A program made the position numbers and the translations under genes. From the NCBI GenBank assembly GCA_010093705.1, contig MU006098.1, forward strand, positions 758,666 to 822,665: a DNA stretch of 64,000 nt. The letters are read 5' to 3'. Positions 1 through 14,055 of this stretch are shown in pieces (positions within the stretch are counted from its first letter, which is position 1; each line of letters starts with the position of its first letter). The DNA comes from Patellaria atrata CBS 101060. Its lineage: Eukaryota. Below the pieces are notes generated by a model. The model was not told the DNA's origin, did no database searches, and saw nothing but the letters and a program-made list of their open reading frames with translations.

Positions 1-66
1 GGGTAATTCATGGGTTGTGACGGCAATGCCGTTAAGAGATGAATTGTTCAATCGACTAGTAGCCAT
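1..66 (-). CDS. Possible 5' end of a gene running off the left edge (MATSRLNNSSLNGIAVTTHELP...), perhaps a further cluster gene
   Basis: ATG at 66 followed by 22 open codons to the window edge; AT-rich TATA-like sequence near 188-198. Too short to identify. Confidence 0.3.
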   Translation of the reverse strand, partial: MATSRLNNSSLNGIAVTTHELP

Positions 67-536
67 GGGTGGGCAGAAGTGGGAGAGTTGGTAGGTTCCT
101 TATTTTTCCAAATAAGGATTTCGATGATTGAATTAGGAGGTGAGAGCATTGTTTTGGGTATACCCTTTTTTCACTCCTTGTTGTCTTCTATATTTAAGGT
201 GGCTGGTGCACATTATATCAAAGATCTCGCATTTGGTGGCTAATTGTTCTCTTCAGTCACTATTTGATTAATGAAATTGATGTAAATATGTACCGCCACA
301 CAGTAATGTCATTCTCATTCTTACCCTAAATGGTCCTAAGGAAGTAGATATGGCAATTTAGACCTCCTCTTTCTGCTCCCTTGCTTTAGTAAAGTAACAT
401 ATCGACATAAAGAATGTGTAGAATTATGGAACAAGGCTAGTAAATAGTAGAGAAAGGAAAAATGAAAGGATACGCTTCGAGATGACACCGCACATCCTAC
501 CATTCAGTACTCCTAAAGTCATACCTCGACTCCGTT

Positions 537-3500
537 TCAATTCTTCCCTATCTTCGTACTAACCCACCCCTCCACAATCAACGCTGACAAGCCTACAAAC
601 GTCATCCCTCCCTCCAACAACCCCAAAAATGGTACATCAACACCGAATTCCCTCCATCCCCAACTCCTCAGCTCAGCCCCTATCATAGAGTCCAGCCCAT
701 ACGACACTAGACTCTTCTCGGGATCAACTTTGTCCGCGGGCAGCAAAACGAGCTTCGAGAACCGGGCCAGGAGGAGCGTGAGAATAGCTTGATTGAGGGA
801 AGCGGGGTCCGCATGATAGACATCCGTAAGGAGTTGTTGAGTCGATTGAGCAGAAGAAGATGTAGCAGCAGCGGCGGAGGGGTTAGTATTAGAGGCAATA
901 GACGGGTTGAGGGATGAAGCGCTAGTGAGATCCATATGAAGGACCAAGTTCCGAAGTCGATTATCCCTCAACCACAGACTCTTTCCCCCGGCCCTACTGA
1001 TCCTCGTCGCGTCCACCCCCGTCACCACATGACTCGCAGTCGCCTTGTCGTACGCCCATCTCGCATCCACGGCCCCCAGATTGCGTCGTCGACACGCGAG
1101 ATCCATGTAGCGAAGGTACTCCGAGACTCCGATCCCGTACATCCCGTTCCGCAACAGCGCTTTCTCGACCTCCGGATGCTCTTCCACGTGACCGGCGCCG
1201 AGTATCATTCCGAGCGCGATGCTGGTCGCTTGTAGGCCGAGCGCGTGGCGGTGTCGCGCCATGTGGTCGAGGAAGGCGTTGGCAGCGCAGTAGTTTGCTT
1301 GAGTTGCGGTGCCGATTGCGCCGATGACCGAAGATGCCATGACGAAAAAGTCGAGGTCTTGGTCTTTGAGCTGCTCGTGCAGGTTCAGTGTTCCGAATAG
1401 CTTGGGCGAGATGACGGAGGTGTAGGCCTCATGTGACATGTGGGTGAAGATGCTGTCTTTGACGACCATGGAGGCTTGGATGACGCCTTTGATGGGTGTT
1501 GGGGCCGCAGCGATGGCGCAGGCGATGTCCTCGCACGAAGTTACGGAACCGCGGATTACGGTTATGTTGAGAGTGGGGTATTTGAGGGTGCGAAGCTCGT
1601 CGAGCTCGGAAATCAGTGCAGACGCGACGGGTTTGGAGGAGCCAGTGCGGGAGAGGTAGATGAGGTTGCGGGCGCCGTGGGAGACCATCCAGGCTGTTAG
1701 GCTGCGTCCCAGACCTCCGAGACAGCCTATTAGAAGATAGGAAGCTTCGGGGTTGAATTCGATCGGTGCTGGAGGTGTATAGATGGGAACCATTGTTGTG
1801 GGATTGCTTGATACTACCACACGGCCGTGGTAATCAGGGTTTTCGGCGACTATAATTGCATCTTTCAGTTCTGATAAGTCAAATGATTTTGATGGAATTG
1901 AAATAGTGTGCCGCCTTATCAAGCCAACTGCTTCCACTAGATATTCTTCCAGCCGTGAACTTTCAGCAGAGAGAACATCGAGGATATTTACACAATTTAT
2001 GTTCACAGCTCTTGAGAAAAGCGAAGCGGGGAGAGAAGCGAACTCTGCTGGTAGCATTTCGGAGAGGATAATGACCTGGCCACCCCGACGAACCATGCTT
2101 GGTAAGTTTTGCTGGAGCACTGAAGACGGGTTCGTGATGATTATGTCGAAAGTCGATTTATCTAGGATCCCGGTTAATTGGATTTTCGAACGATCAATGA
2201 CCTCGGCGGATTTGATTCCTATCAACGCTTTGTTTTCATCTTCCGATGCACATGTTACCAATACCTCTACACCTAGGTTCACCGCTACTTGAGCTAATGC
2301 AATATTCAAGACGTCCCCTGAACAATCTATCATGACCTTGTCCCCAGAATGGACCCCCAGGAACTTGCGAAGAATGTACACAGCAGCAACAGTAGGATAT
2401 ATCTTATCGACCATCCCTCTTGGATCCTCTGAGTATCTTAAAGGTACACAAAGATCTTCGTGTATTGTGAACGATGTGTCGAGCTTGTTTGGACGGAGAC
2501 AGACGATATAATCGTTGATTCCTAATTTGGTGACGCTCGGACTGATACTCTTAACAACGCCGGCGGCTTCTAAACTAAAGAAGGGGTGACTCTTTTGGCC
2601 TTTCATTGTACCAGATAGCTAGAGGGAGACCATTAGATGTAGAGAGATACACAAGAAATTGATAGGGCTTACCGATTTATCAAATGCGAAGGCTGTGGAT
2701 TCAACAAGCACTTCATTCGCGCCGAGGGGACTCTTTTCGGATTCCTTGAAGTAAAAACTGTCAATCTGACCTACTTTTTTGAAATCCAGATGGAGACTGG
2801 GTTGTAGTGGTAGGATCTCTGGATTTATATAAGATGAACGCTCAAATTGGAGATTTTCTAGATCATCAGTGTGGTAGCGGCTGATATATACGATACCGTC
2901 TTTTTCGACCAGTTCAGTATCCAAATCAGAGTCCGGGTTCTCAAAAAACCTGATTTCATGTTCGATGATCAGCTTTGCCGAACGTTCAAGGTCCGGAATA
3001 GCGTGCTCAAGATCGAAACTAGAGACATGGAAGCTGGGCTGCTCAACCATTACTGATTTAGCAATCCCAAATATCAGTGCCTTCTCAGGATCTTCTCCTT
3101 GTAGGACACCGCCATTCGTTACCCAGACTGAGGTTGATGCAAGTTCCATGTATTCCTGGGTCGCTTTCATCTCATATTCATTCATCCGAGCTAGAAGAGC
3201 GGTTTCAAGTTCGACAAGCATAATAGTTCGTGCTCCTTTCGACGATAGTTTTGAGAACTCCAGCAAGGCCACTCTTTGGGTCTGAATGCTTCTTTCCTCG
3301 TAGAGTGTTTCTAGAATTGTGAGTAAACGGTGTGGGCTCTCTTTGTAGACCTATAATACACATCAGCATATCAAAATGAAGGCTGAAGGATTCAAGGCCT
3401 TACCAGCCAGACTACAGGTTGTTTGTATTTATTTCGTTCCTCTTTAGATTCCACTAATTCAATGGCGCTAGTTGCTGCCCCTGATTCAGCACGTCTTCGA

Positions 3501-6500
3501 GAGATCATCAATGTTGTGCAATCGTTTGGCTCCGGATAATCGTTCAAGACAATATCAGTACCCGTAAATCCAGCTTCAATCAATCGAGCATCCCAAGCAG
3601 CCTTTGAGATGAACGGGCTTTCTGGTCTTCCGTCATCAGCTCCAAGCCAGTATCCGGGTAATGTTCCAAGCAAGTAACCCGTTACCAGTCTATTTTTAGT
3701 TGTCTCGATTATCAGGAGTCGACCACCGGGTTTGAGAAGCTTGTTACAGTTCTCTAGGGTTTTGGTTATGTTTCGAGTTGCGTGGATTACGTTAGATGCA
3801 AAGACAATATCAAATGACTCTAGCTCAAAACCTTGATCCACTGGATCTTTTTCAATATCCAACAAACGAAAATCAAATCTAGGGCGATCTTTGAATGCTT
3901 CCGCAGCACCGGAGAGGAAAGCGGTCGAAACATCTGTAAACACATACTTCTCATACTTCGCCAGAACATCGTGAGCACCGAGACCTTTAAGCATAGGCCT
4001 TGTCGCGCCTCCAGTGCCTGCACCTAGCTCAAGAATGTTCAGACGAGGCTCTTTGTGAGAGATAAGTTCCATCGTTTTTTGAAGTTTCGCATAGGCGCCA
4101 ACCTGGCCGAATCCTTCGCCATAGATACGTGTGATTAGGTCTTCCTCGACCATCACATCTAGAGCCCCTGTCTCGCCAGTAACAATCTCTTTCATTCTAG
4201 AGTTGAGTTTCGCGACCATAGCAGCTTCGGGAACCTGTGACCCGATCTCCTGAACAATCCTGGATATACGATGGTCTCTTTCATGCGTAGAAAGGAATCC
4301 AGTACCACTGGTAGAGAGATCCTTCGCTTTGTCCTTGAGCCACGCTACGAAGTTTTGCATATAGCCAGGGAGATTTTCCACGTGAAGATCATCCGGGAGG
4401 ATTTGAGAACTGTTCAGAATGGCTAAAGCAGCTACTTCCTCGAGCTTAGAGAAGTAATAGCGCGATTCATCAGCACCTTCAGAGCGAAATAAGGAGATTG
4501 CATTACTGTTACTCAAATGGTCGAAATCCGGTTTCCAAACTAACCTCGAGTAGGGCTGTGGAGTTGTGTCGCTCATCGCGGTGCCAAGGTTCGTCTCGAG
4601 CGAAAAGAAATTTATAGCAGCTTCTAAAAATACGTCTCCATTGTTGTTGATCATCCGTGTGGACGTATGTATGCTTCTGAGGCCTCGGCGTTCTCCATGG
4701 CCAATGGCCGTGACGTTCTCGCAGTCTAGTGTAGTAACTGAAGGCGAAATTAAGAACTTCTCGATGTGAACAGGAAGATAAGGTTTCTTAATGGTATCCG
4801 GGTTGCCTTGATGAGCAGCGACGACGGCAAGTTGAAGACATCCATCGATTGCAGTTGGATGTATCACATAATTTGACTCTTGCATCATCAGACCCTGCGT
4901 AGCGCGAAATGAAATCCTAGCTGATGCATCGAGAGTTTCTGGATTGGACCGTACGTCTTGGAGTGTTGTAAATGCTGGACCATAAGAAAGGCCCACACGA
5001 GACATTGCTTCATACCACAGACGATCATTTGCATCCTGATTAATGCCCGACCGAGTACCTTTGTAGGCGGACATATCGGATGGTGGTCCTCGTGATGCTA
5101 CGTGGCTCACTGAGATGTGCCCAGTGGCGTGCTCGGTCCATTTTCCTGATGTCACAGAGCTTACATTGAACGTAAAATTGAAATCCGAGCCAGAAAAAGA
5201 TTTTAGATCAAAGAGTATTTCGGTCTGTGAGTCGTCGTGAAGGATTATGGCTGAACTGATTTTCATGGTTTCGATTCTGTAAGTAACAGGTTGTGGATGC
5301 ACCGTCTGTCTGGCTGCCTCTACAGCCATTGCGATATAACCTGCAGCTGGAAAAACAATGTCATCACCGACCTATCATATCATTAGTGGAATATGAATGC
5401 ATTCTTGAAATTTAGACTAACCTTATGATCGCGGAGCCATGGGACATCATCAAGATGTAATATGTTCCTCCAGGTAGGTGAGTTTCTAGATGTCCCTAGA
5501 ATCCTACTTCCAAGTAAATCATGCCTTGGACACTGACGAAACCGAAGTTCGGTACTGAGACGGCTTTCATGCCATAGTATGTCTTCGTATACCCACTGGT
5601 AGCTAGGGAGATCGACAACTACTCTACTGTTGCAAATCCCTGGAGCGATACTGTTGTCCTCCACTTCTCCTGAAGTGATACTAGCGATATTGAGATCGTA
5701 TCCAGAAACGAAAAGAGACCCGACGAGGTTAAGCATATTCTCCGCGCCATCTCCATCACGCTTTAAGGTCGAATGATAGACCAATCGCTCCGTAGCAAAG
5801 CCCAGTGATTCCTTGATGTCTTTCATAGAACTACTGAGTGCCGGGTGTGGTCCGATCTCTATTATGTGGTTGATATCTGGATGTGATTTGAGGAGTTCCT
5901 GTGCAGCTTGATCGAATAGAACCGGAGATTCGAGGTTTTGACGCCAATAACTATGTTCAATTCTCGATACCGTGATAAGGCTACCAGTCACAGAAGAATA
6001 CATTCTGACTTCACTGTTCTCGAGGGGGATAGTGTACTCCTCTAACGAAAGTGATTGCTGTAACAACTTGTCATAGTCCTCGCCGGCATCTTTCATCAAT
6101 GGAGAGTGATAGGCGTTACCTGACGTTGCCAACTTTCTGTTGAAGACGCCAGCTCTTGACAGCATACCGCGAGCTTTGTCGATAGCCTCGTCTGTCCCAC
6201 TGAGAGTTACACTTTGAGGGGAATTATGACATGCGATTGCAATGTCATCGATGTTCTCAATAAATGGATTGACGTGATCAGCACCGAGACCAACTGCAAG
6301 CATCGCACCTGGGACGTTTCGTCTGGAAGCTGATATACCCCTCTGGTACGCAATTATAATTGCAGTACTAGCGGAAAGATAACCAGTAGTATAGGCTGCA
6401 GCAATTTCACCTAAACTCTGTAATTAATATGTCTCCTTTTCGCTCAAAAAGGCATCTTCACGTACCGGAGGAATGACCCACTACCGCTTTCGGCATTATT

Positions 6501-9000
6501 CCCCATACTCGAAGGAGGTCTACTATCGCTATCTGGACTGCCGTACACAAAGGTTGCGACAGTTCACTATTATTTATTCTACTAATAGATTTAGGGGCCT
6601 GTAATACTTCCATAATTGTCCATGAAGGAGGGTGTGGGGTAGAAGCAAGTATTCCGTCTAAATACTGAAAAGTTTCTAGTACAGAAGGATATTGCTTCGC
6701 GAGCGAAAGTCCCATCTGCGGCCAATGTGCGCCTTGTCCCGTGAAAATGAACGCCAGAATCGGGTCGGTACCTTTGATAGAACCGGCCTTGAAACGACTT
6801 TGAAAATGCTGGGAAGAATTCGCAGATACCTCCTCCTCGGATATTACTGCAAATGCTCTATTTGAAAATCTACCTCGGCGAGAGCTCAAGGTATAAGCTA
6901 GATTAGACAAGGAATATTCATACAGAACTTCGGAAACAGCTTCTATATTCTTGCGTAATGTAGCTTCATTGTGAGATGAGAAAAGTAGTAAATGTTTTCG
7001 CTTCTGAGGATCCAAAGTAGAAGGACTAAGACGTTTTTCTGAATTTCCGCTTTCGTAATCACTTTTGTAGATAATGCCATCCAGGATGCCGTCCGTAGAA
7101 CCATCCTTCAATTCATCTTCTTGTTTGACTTGATCTACAAGATTCTCTTCTTTGAGATTGGTATTGGAAGACCTATTGCTAATGACTTTATTTATAACAT
7201 GAAAATTTTGACTGCTTTCATTTGAAAGTTCACTAAGATTTTTATAGCCGTTGAGGGAACCATTGCAATCCGTATTTTCAAAAGTAGCAGAATCATATAT
7301 AGATAACGAAAGCCCAGTGACGAGGGGTTGAATACGGAGCGAAGAGTGGCTAGCGAAGTAAGACTCTACAGCGTCGAGGACAGCATGGGCATTAGCTCCT
7401 CCATATCCAAAGGAGTTAATACTTGCTCGTCGATAGGTTGCCCATTCCGGCCAAGGGGAGAGCGCTTGGACGACTTTAAGACTGCCGTTGCAAAGGTTGA
7501 GAGCCGGATTGAGCTTCTTTATACCAATAGTTGCGGGTATTAACCCTTTTTCCAGGCAAAGGACTGTCTTTATGATAGCAGGGATAGCACTAGCTGCTTC
7601 TCCGTGTCCTAAATTGGTTTTTACAGAGCCAAGTAGGAGCGGTTCCTGAGCAGTTCTCTCTTTTGAAAATACACGGCCAATTGCCTCCACTTCGAGAGGA
7701 TCACCAACTGGAGTTCCCGTTCCATGACATTCAAAATAGGCTGTCCGCTCGATAGATAAGTTAGCATTAGCATACGCTTGACGAATACAGCTCTCCTGGT
7801 CATCTTTGCTAGGATGGCTTATGCCCAGACTCCGACCGTTTCTGCTCTCCTAGTAAGTAACTAACAGTTGAATCATTGCGAACGCACTTACGCATTTATC
7901 GCAGTTCCCCGAATTACCGCTCGGATAGGGTCGTTATTTGCTATTGCTGCTGATAAACGCTTGATGTAAAGAGCCCCAACCGCCTCACCGCGGGCATAAC
8001 TATCAGGCGGAAAGAGTTTAGTGTAAATTCATTGGCCAAGCTTCAAGCCCCTTTTCCAGATCCGAGACTCACCCGTCTGCTGACTCATCGAATGTATGGC
8101 AAATGCTTGTCGGTGACAGCACTCCTAACCGTACACTTCCAATTTGCTGTTCCACACCGAATATGAGATTTGTGCCTCCGACTATGGCTGCTTCACAGTC
8201 TCCCGCTTGCAAGCTCTTGCAAGCGAGATGGAGAGCGTACATTGTACTCGAACAAGCGGTATCGATGGTGAAACTAGCCGGAACATGTCAATCTTTCGGA
8301 ACTACTGTCTTCTGTTGTTCTTGCGTGGAAGCCGACGATGTCATATAATAGGAGTCTTAACTCACCTAGGACCTTTCAGATTGAAGACATAGGAAATGCG
8401 GTTACTCAATATGGTTATCCCTCCACCCTAGATCAGCACAGTTAGCTAATATTTTACACTATCAATCAATTAAAGGCTCCCACTGTCATATGATAGGCTG
8501 CTCCGTATTCAACATCTCTAGCTTGCATCTGACCAATGTCCCAGGTAAAGTTACCTATATAGCACGCTGTATTCGATCCGGATAAATCCTCAGGTCTCGC
8601 GCCAGCGGATTCGAAACTTTCGTAGACCGTTTCTAACAGCTTTCGCTGTTGTGGATCCATGCTGGTTGCCTCCAATGGACTTATTCCAAAAAATGAGGGA
8701 TCAAACCCTCGATATGAATCATCATCGCCGAGGAAGTATCCTCCATGAGTATGAATGCTACCCGGTCGATGGGAATCTGGATGGTACCAGGAGCTGACAT
8801 TAAACCTATTCTTAGGGACATCAGATTGAGAAGACTTCTCATTCTCAAGGAGAGTCCAAAGTTTTGAGGGTGATGAAGCATCCCCGGGAAGCCGACATCC
8901 TGCTATCATTAGTCTACACTTGAACGATTAGGCAAACTTTCTCACCCATGCCCACAATAACTATGGGGTCGTTATCCTCCATTGCAGAACCAGTCACCAT
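537..9000 (-). CDS. Highly reducing iterative type I polyketide synthase, KS-AT-DH-cMT-ER0(degenerate)-KR-ACP, about 9 introns
   Basis: Start [26 protein letters not shown] motifs DTACSS (~8247-8265), ECHGTGT and KTNLGH; AT GHSSG and [20 protein letters not shown] and [28 protein letters not shown] and YCAAN; ACP YGLDSM. ORF pieces are joined by GT-AG introns. Confidence 0.97.
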
Positions 9001-9898
9001 ACTGAAGCGAAGGAGGCAGAAGACTTTACGAAAATCCACCGGTTGTCTGGATTAACATGTGTTACCCCGGCGGTGGCTACCTTTGTACCTAATGCTACAC
9101 AAACGACGAATAATTACGTCGGCTGGAAGACAATCTGAATGGCTGTCAGTTCCGCAGGATCGTGCGAGCAGCGTCGCTTTAATTATGCCTCCATAGGAAC
9201 TATCCAGATACTCCTAGTCGGTGATCACTCTCGGTCCAATTCTCGGAAATTTGTCTTTTCATTTGATACCTATTATCTGGATCCGCAAGTTTTTAATACC
9301 CATCATCAAATTGACTTAAAAACTCAACATTTATCCCAGTTCTACTGTTCAGAGCCCAGTCTTGCATCCAATCTTATGTTGAATGTCAAGTACCGAATAG
9401 TGACGCCCGTACAGACTACTCAATAGTACGTACGAAGTCCAGACCGTGTTTCGCTCCGTAGATTCTTCGTTAGAGGCAACTACTTGAGCAACAAGATCTA
9501 GACCGGATCTTGTATGACATGCTTCGTCAACGGGGGCCTTAATATGCTTTAAAATTTCAAAAGCTTGACGTCCCCTACACTACCCTTGCACGAGATCCAG
9601 GGTTTGTCAAGTCACTCTGGTTCTACCATAAAAAAGTTGAGGCAGTTGGAGTCGATCGATCAGATACTCCCCCACGTATCCTCCGCTCTCTCATTCGTCG
9701 CTTATAAGGCAGTTATAGATGTTATTGACGCCACTGGAACTCGTTTTGGGTGCTGCACAAGGTCCGTGCGCTTAGGATCTCCCCACAACAAACAATCCAA
9801 AACATTTATTTAAGGATTGACACCTTCTCAAGAAGCTCACCTGAGCATACCACAGATACACTAACCATAACCTATCTCTTTTTATCATAGATTCAGTT

Positions 9899-11013
9899 AT
9901 GAGCTTCCTTCCAGACCCTCTCCGCATGTTGGTCAAGAGCCCGTTCTTATTCGACTTCACATCCGATGGACCACTCCCTTTTGCTTTGCGTCAGAAGTTC
10001 TTCTGGGGCTGTGTCGAGCTCCCCGGTGAACACTTACTGAAGTCAAAACAGGTATTAATGACTGGAGCAACATCTGGGGTCGGACTTGAGGCTTCAAGAC
10101 AGTTACTCAAGCTTGGCACCAGATTGATAATGGGCATCAGAAACATTAAGAAGGCAGAGAAACTGAAGAAGGATTTGGAGGCTGAGATTACAGGCAGTTC
10201 CATCCAGATACTCCCGGTTGACATGGCCTCTTTTCAATCTATTGATCACTTCATTTCGATCTTGAAAGAAGGAGACATACAGATTGATATTGCCATTCTT
10301 AACGCTGGGTTCTTCTCGAGGGGGAACAGCCCAACTTCAGATGGATATGACCCACTTTTTCAGGTTGTCCAGCCCACATTTAACCCTGACGGGAATACTG
10401 ATTCTACAAGGTCAACTTTCTAAGTACCGCATATTTTTCTATGCTACTGATGCCTATTTTGCGACGGCCATCCGCTGTTAGCCGTGTGGTGTTTATCTCC
10501 TCTGAAGGCCACGCTTGGGCAGATACGTCGTCTACCGAAACCCTTTCATTCGAAGAATTCAAAGGGGTCAGGTCTGAAGATGAGGAAAATAACTATTGTT
10601 TATCCAAGCTCTTCATTGCGCTTTTCGCCCAGCGATTAGCAGAGTATACGAATCCGGATGAACTTGTCGTTGTGACCACAACTCCAGGTTTCTGTGCATC
10701 CAGCTTCTTTCCTGACTCCATGGGTTTACTTACCCGGATCATCAAGGTGATCTCTGCTCGCTCTGTGGAGCGCGGAGGTCGTCTCCACGTTCAAGCTGCT
10801 ATTACAGACGCCTCGATAGCACATGGAGCATATTTCAGGGATGGAACCCCATCAAGGTTGGTTACAAAGCATGCGGTGTATCCGTCTCGCTCTGATTACC
10901 GTGGTAGCTTATCTAGATTCGCCGAAAGTAAAGAGGGCAAGGCCTTGTCGAAGCACTTATGGCAAGAGGTGCAGAACTTCGCAAAGAGTCGAGGCAAGAC
11001 ATTCAACTCATAA
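9899..11013 (+). CDS. Short-chain dehydrogenase/reductase (retinol-DH/WWOX-like), cluster tailoring enzyme
   Basis: TGATSGVG Rossmann motif, ILNAG and catalytic YCLSK. Intron 10364-10410 restores FQ|VNFLS; probable in-frame 51-nt intron at 10857-10907. Confidence 0.92.
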
Positions 11014-11740
11014 TCTGCATTTGGAAAGGATTATTGTGCTCTAGCTCACACAATGCGCTGTCATCTCTCACGAGGGCACTATGTATGCCCAAGGGAATAA
11101 TATGGTCCAGAGCAAGACCCGCACCGATCATCGAACGGCATGCTTTTATAACTATGTCATACATGAGACCGGAATCTCTCTTCCTGAAACTCCCACTTCC
11201 TATAGCAGCGAATCCTTTTGAAGCCCTATCATCCTGACACTTTTCCGTTTTGCCACGATAAGAATAACGCTATCACATATTGTCCTTTCTCTTGACGACT
11301 TCGTCTTCAATGTATCACACCATCTCATATATAACAACACGGCAATTTTGTACATGGATCCTCAGCGCAATATCAGTTTATAAAGCTCATAGGGTCACAC
11401 GGAGAGCTCACTATCCTGTAGTTCCGGGGGCCTAGACCCCAAGTGCGATGACGCATGTAACACAAGATAATCTAACAAGGTCCGGGATGGCTGCATATCG
11501 GGTTACCGGCTTGCTTACATACCCGATTAACTCGGGAAGAACCTTAAGGTGCCACACCTTATTCTTATTTGCACGAGCCTCGTGTGCGGGTTGACACGCA
11601 TCGGAGGTGTAGGTTCGGTAAGATTAGATCTACGCATCAAAACCATCCTAACTTTGTTGTTTATGCGATACGTCCTCAGTCCTCTAATTCCTATCCCTCA
11701 TATCGTCGACTGTCCGGCCAGAATAGCTGTAGAGCAAGAA

Positions 11741-14055
11741 ATGTACGACCTTATAATCATCGGCGCAGGTATCTCCTCTCCGCATTACCCTCTCCAATAA
11801 CCCCTCCTTCACTTCCCCGCTCAACACCCCTCAATTTACTCTGAGCGCCAATTTTTCAAGTATTACTCTCCAAATACAAACATGGCCCTCGAAGCTCTCC
11901 TCACATGTAACGAGTCCAACAATCATGTTTCTTTTCATGATCATTACTCCCCTCTAACGTCTTGGTGACAAGCGTCTGTGAAATGTTACGTCCCAGATAC
12001 CACCCTTAAAGTATACCTGCTCCAAAATATTCATTCAATTGTTACTCCCCCGGAAGGATTAAAATTCACATGTGTCACTAGCCTAAAAACATTATGCTCC
12101 AGAATTATCACTTTTGAGAAGTGTTACTCTCTTACGAACACAATTTCCGCAAAACACTACATTCTTAAACATGATTTTCTCAAATGCCCCCCACTCCCGA
12201 GCCTTTCTCTTCTACTCAGAACCCAAAAACCCTTAATACGCAACTCCTTCTCCCTTCCCTCCACTAACTCTCGACAGGGCCCGCCGGTCTAATAACCGCA
12301 AAAACATATCTCCAGGCCTCTCCCACCGCCAGAGTCCTCCTTCTTGATTCTTCCAACACCCTCGGTGGTACGTGGTCACAAGACCGCCTGTATCCACATC
12401 TCCTCGCAGAGACCCGACATGGGCATTTCGAGTTCTCCGATCTCCGCATGGGGACCGAGGGTGTCAATTCCGACGGAACCGTGAGCGGGGATGCTATACA
12501 TGCGTACCTGGTGCGCTATGCGGAGAAGTTCAATCTTTTGAAAATTTTGAGAAACCAAACGAAGGTCATTCGGGTACAGAGGAAAGAAGGAGGAATGGGA
12601 TGGTATGTCGGGATCGTTCCAGTTAATGAGCAAGGGAAGGAATTAGGCGACGGCGAAGAAGTTCTCCGGGCGGAAAAACTCGTCGTCGCGACGGGAATGA
12701 CGTCGCACCCTTTTATCCCCTCAATCCCAGACTATGGGTTCCGGGGTCAGATAATCCATTCGAAAGAGATGGGCACAGAAACGACGAGGGAGCTACTGCG
12801 CAATGAGAAAATAAAAGCGGTAGTTGTGTACGGCGGCTCTAAATCTGCTTTCGACGCCGTGTACATGCTACTCAAAGCCGGCAAAGGAGTCGAGTGGGTT
12901 ATAAGACACGGAAACGGGACTGCGAATATGACACCCCTCACAATATGGGGGATGCCGACATCTCGTGCCTCTGCCACGCGCATCTGGGGTCTATTCTCCC
13001 CCTCTATCTTCGCAGAGGATAGTTGGTGGAAGCGATGGCTACAATCCAACCTCGTCATAAAGGGATACTGGAGATTCATGACTTACATGGTACAAAGGCC
13101 TGCACAGTACTGGAAAACGGAGAATGGTAGACGGCTAAGACCTGATATGGGATACGACAATTTGTTTTATAGTCCTGCGACCCAGGGGGTCTCAAATCAT
13201 CCCGAGTTCTGGGATATGGTACACAATGAAGAGAATGTCAAAGTGTGGAGAAATAGCATCCTTTCCTACGAAGAAAACAGTGTCATACTAGACAATGGCA
13301 CACAGCTCCCAGCGGAGCTAGTTGTCCTAGCAACCGGCTGGAAAGTCAAACAGAATTTATTCTCCGATCAAGATGCTCAGGCTTTAGGGTTACCTTCAGA
13401 AGCTCGGTTCGACGCGGAGACACGATCCAAATGGAGCAAGCTGAACGGAGACGCAGAAAAAGAGATTCTGCTTGAATATCCATCTCTGAGAGACTCACCA
13501 ACTGGAACCCTAAGTAGAGAAGAGAATGATTATTGTTTATATAGGTATCTCATCCCCTCTTCCTATCTAAACGACGATAGATCGATCGGCTTCATCGGAT
13601 TCTTACGTACAGCATCAAATCCAATGGTGTATGAAGCGCAAGCGTTATGGCTTACGGCGTACCTACTAGGGGTGCTAAATGTACCTTCTCAAGAAAAGAG
13701 AGAACGTGAAGTCGCCCGCTCAAACGCTTGGATGTGGCGACGTTACATGTCGGGCCGAAGAATGCCTTTTGCATTCTTCGATTTTATATCCGTAAGTCGG
13801 TCTTCCGAACCGTTGTCAATGCCAACGTTCCTGACTGGTGAATTTTAGTACGTAGATCTACTCTACAGAGACTTAGGCATCAATACCCGGAGAAAGAGTA
13901 ATATTTTAGCAGAATTATTCGGCCAGTACCAGCCGAGGGACTATCAAGGTGTAGTCGATGAGTGGTTACAGAAAACTCGGAAGGTGGAAAGAGTTCAAAT
14001 GCACAGCAACAAAGCGGGCAATGATCCCATAACCACATTAACAAGATGTACATAG
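11741..14055 (+). CDS. Class B flavin-containing monooxygenase (FMO-like)
   Basis: Exon 1 (11741-11768) MYDLIIIGA spliced over intron 11769-12277 to GPAGLITAK gives GxGxxG. FMO fingerprint FRGQIIHSKEM, second dinucleotide motif GGSKSA, LATGW. Last intron 13792-13848; stop at 14055. Confidence 0.92.
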
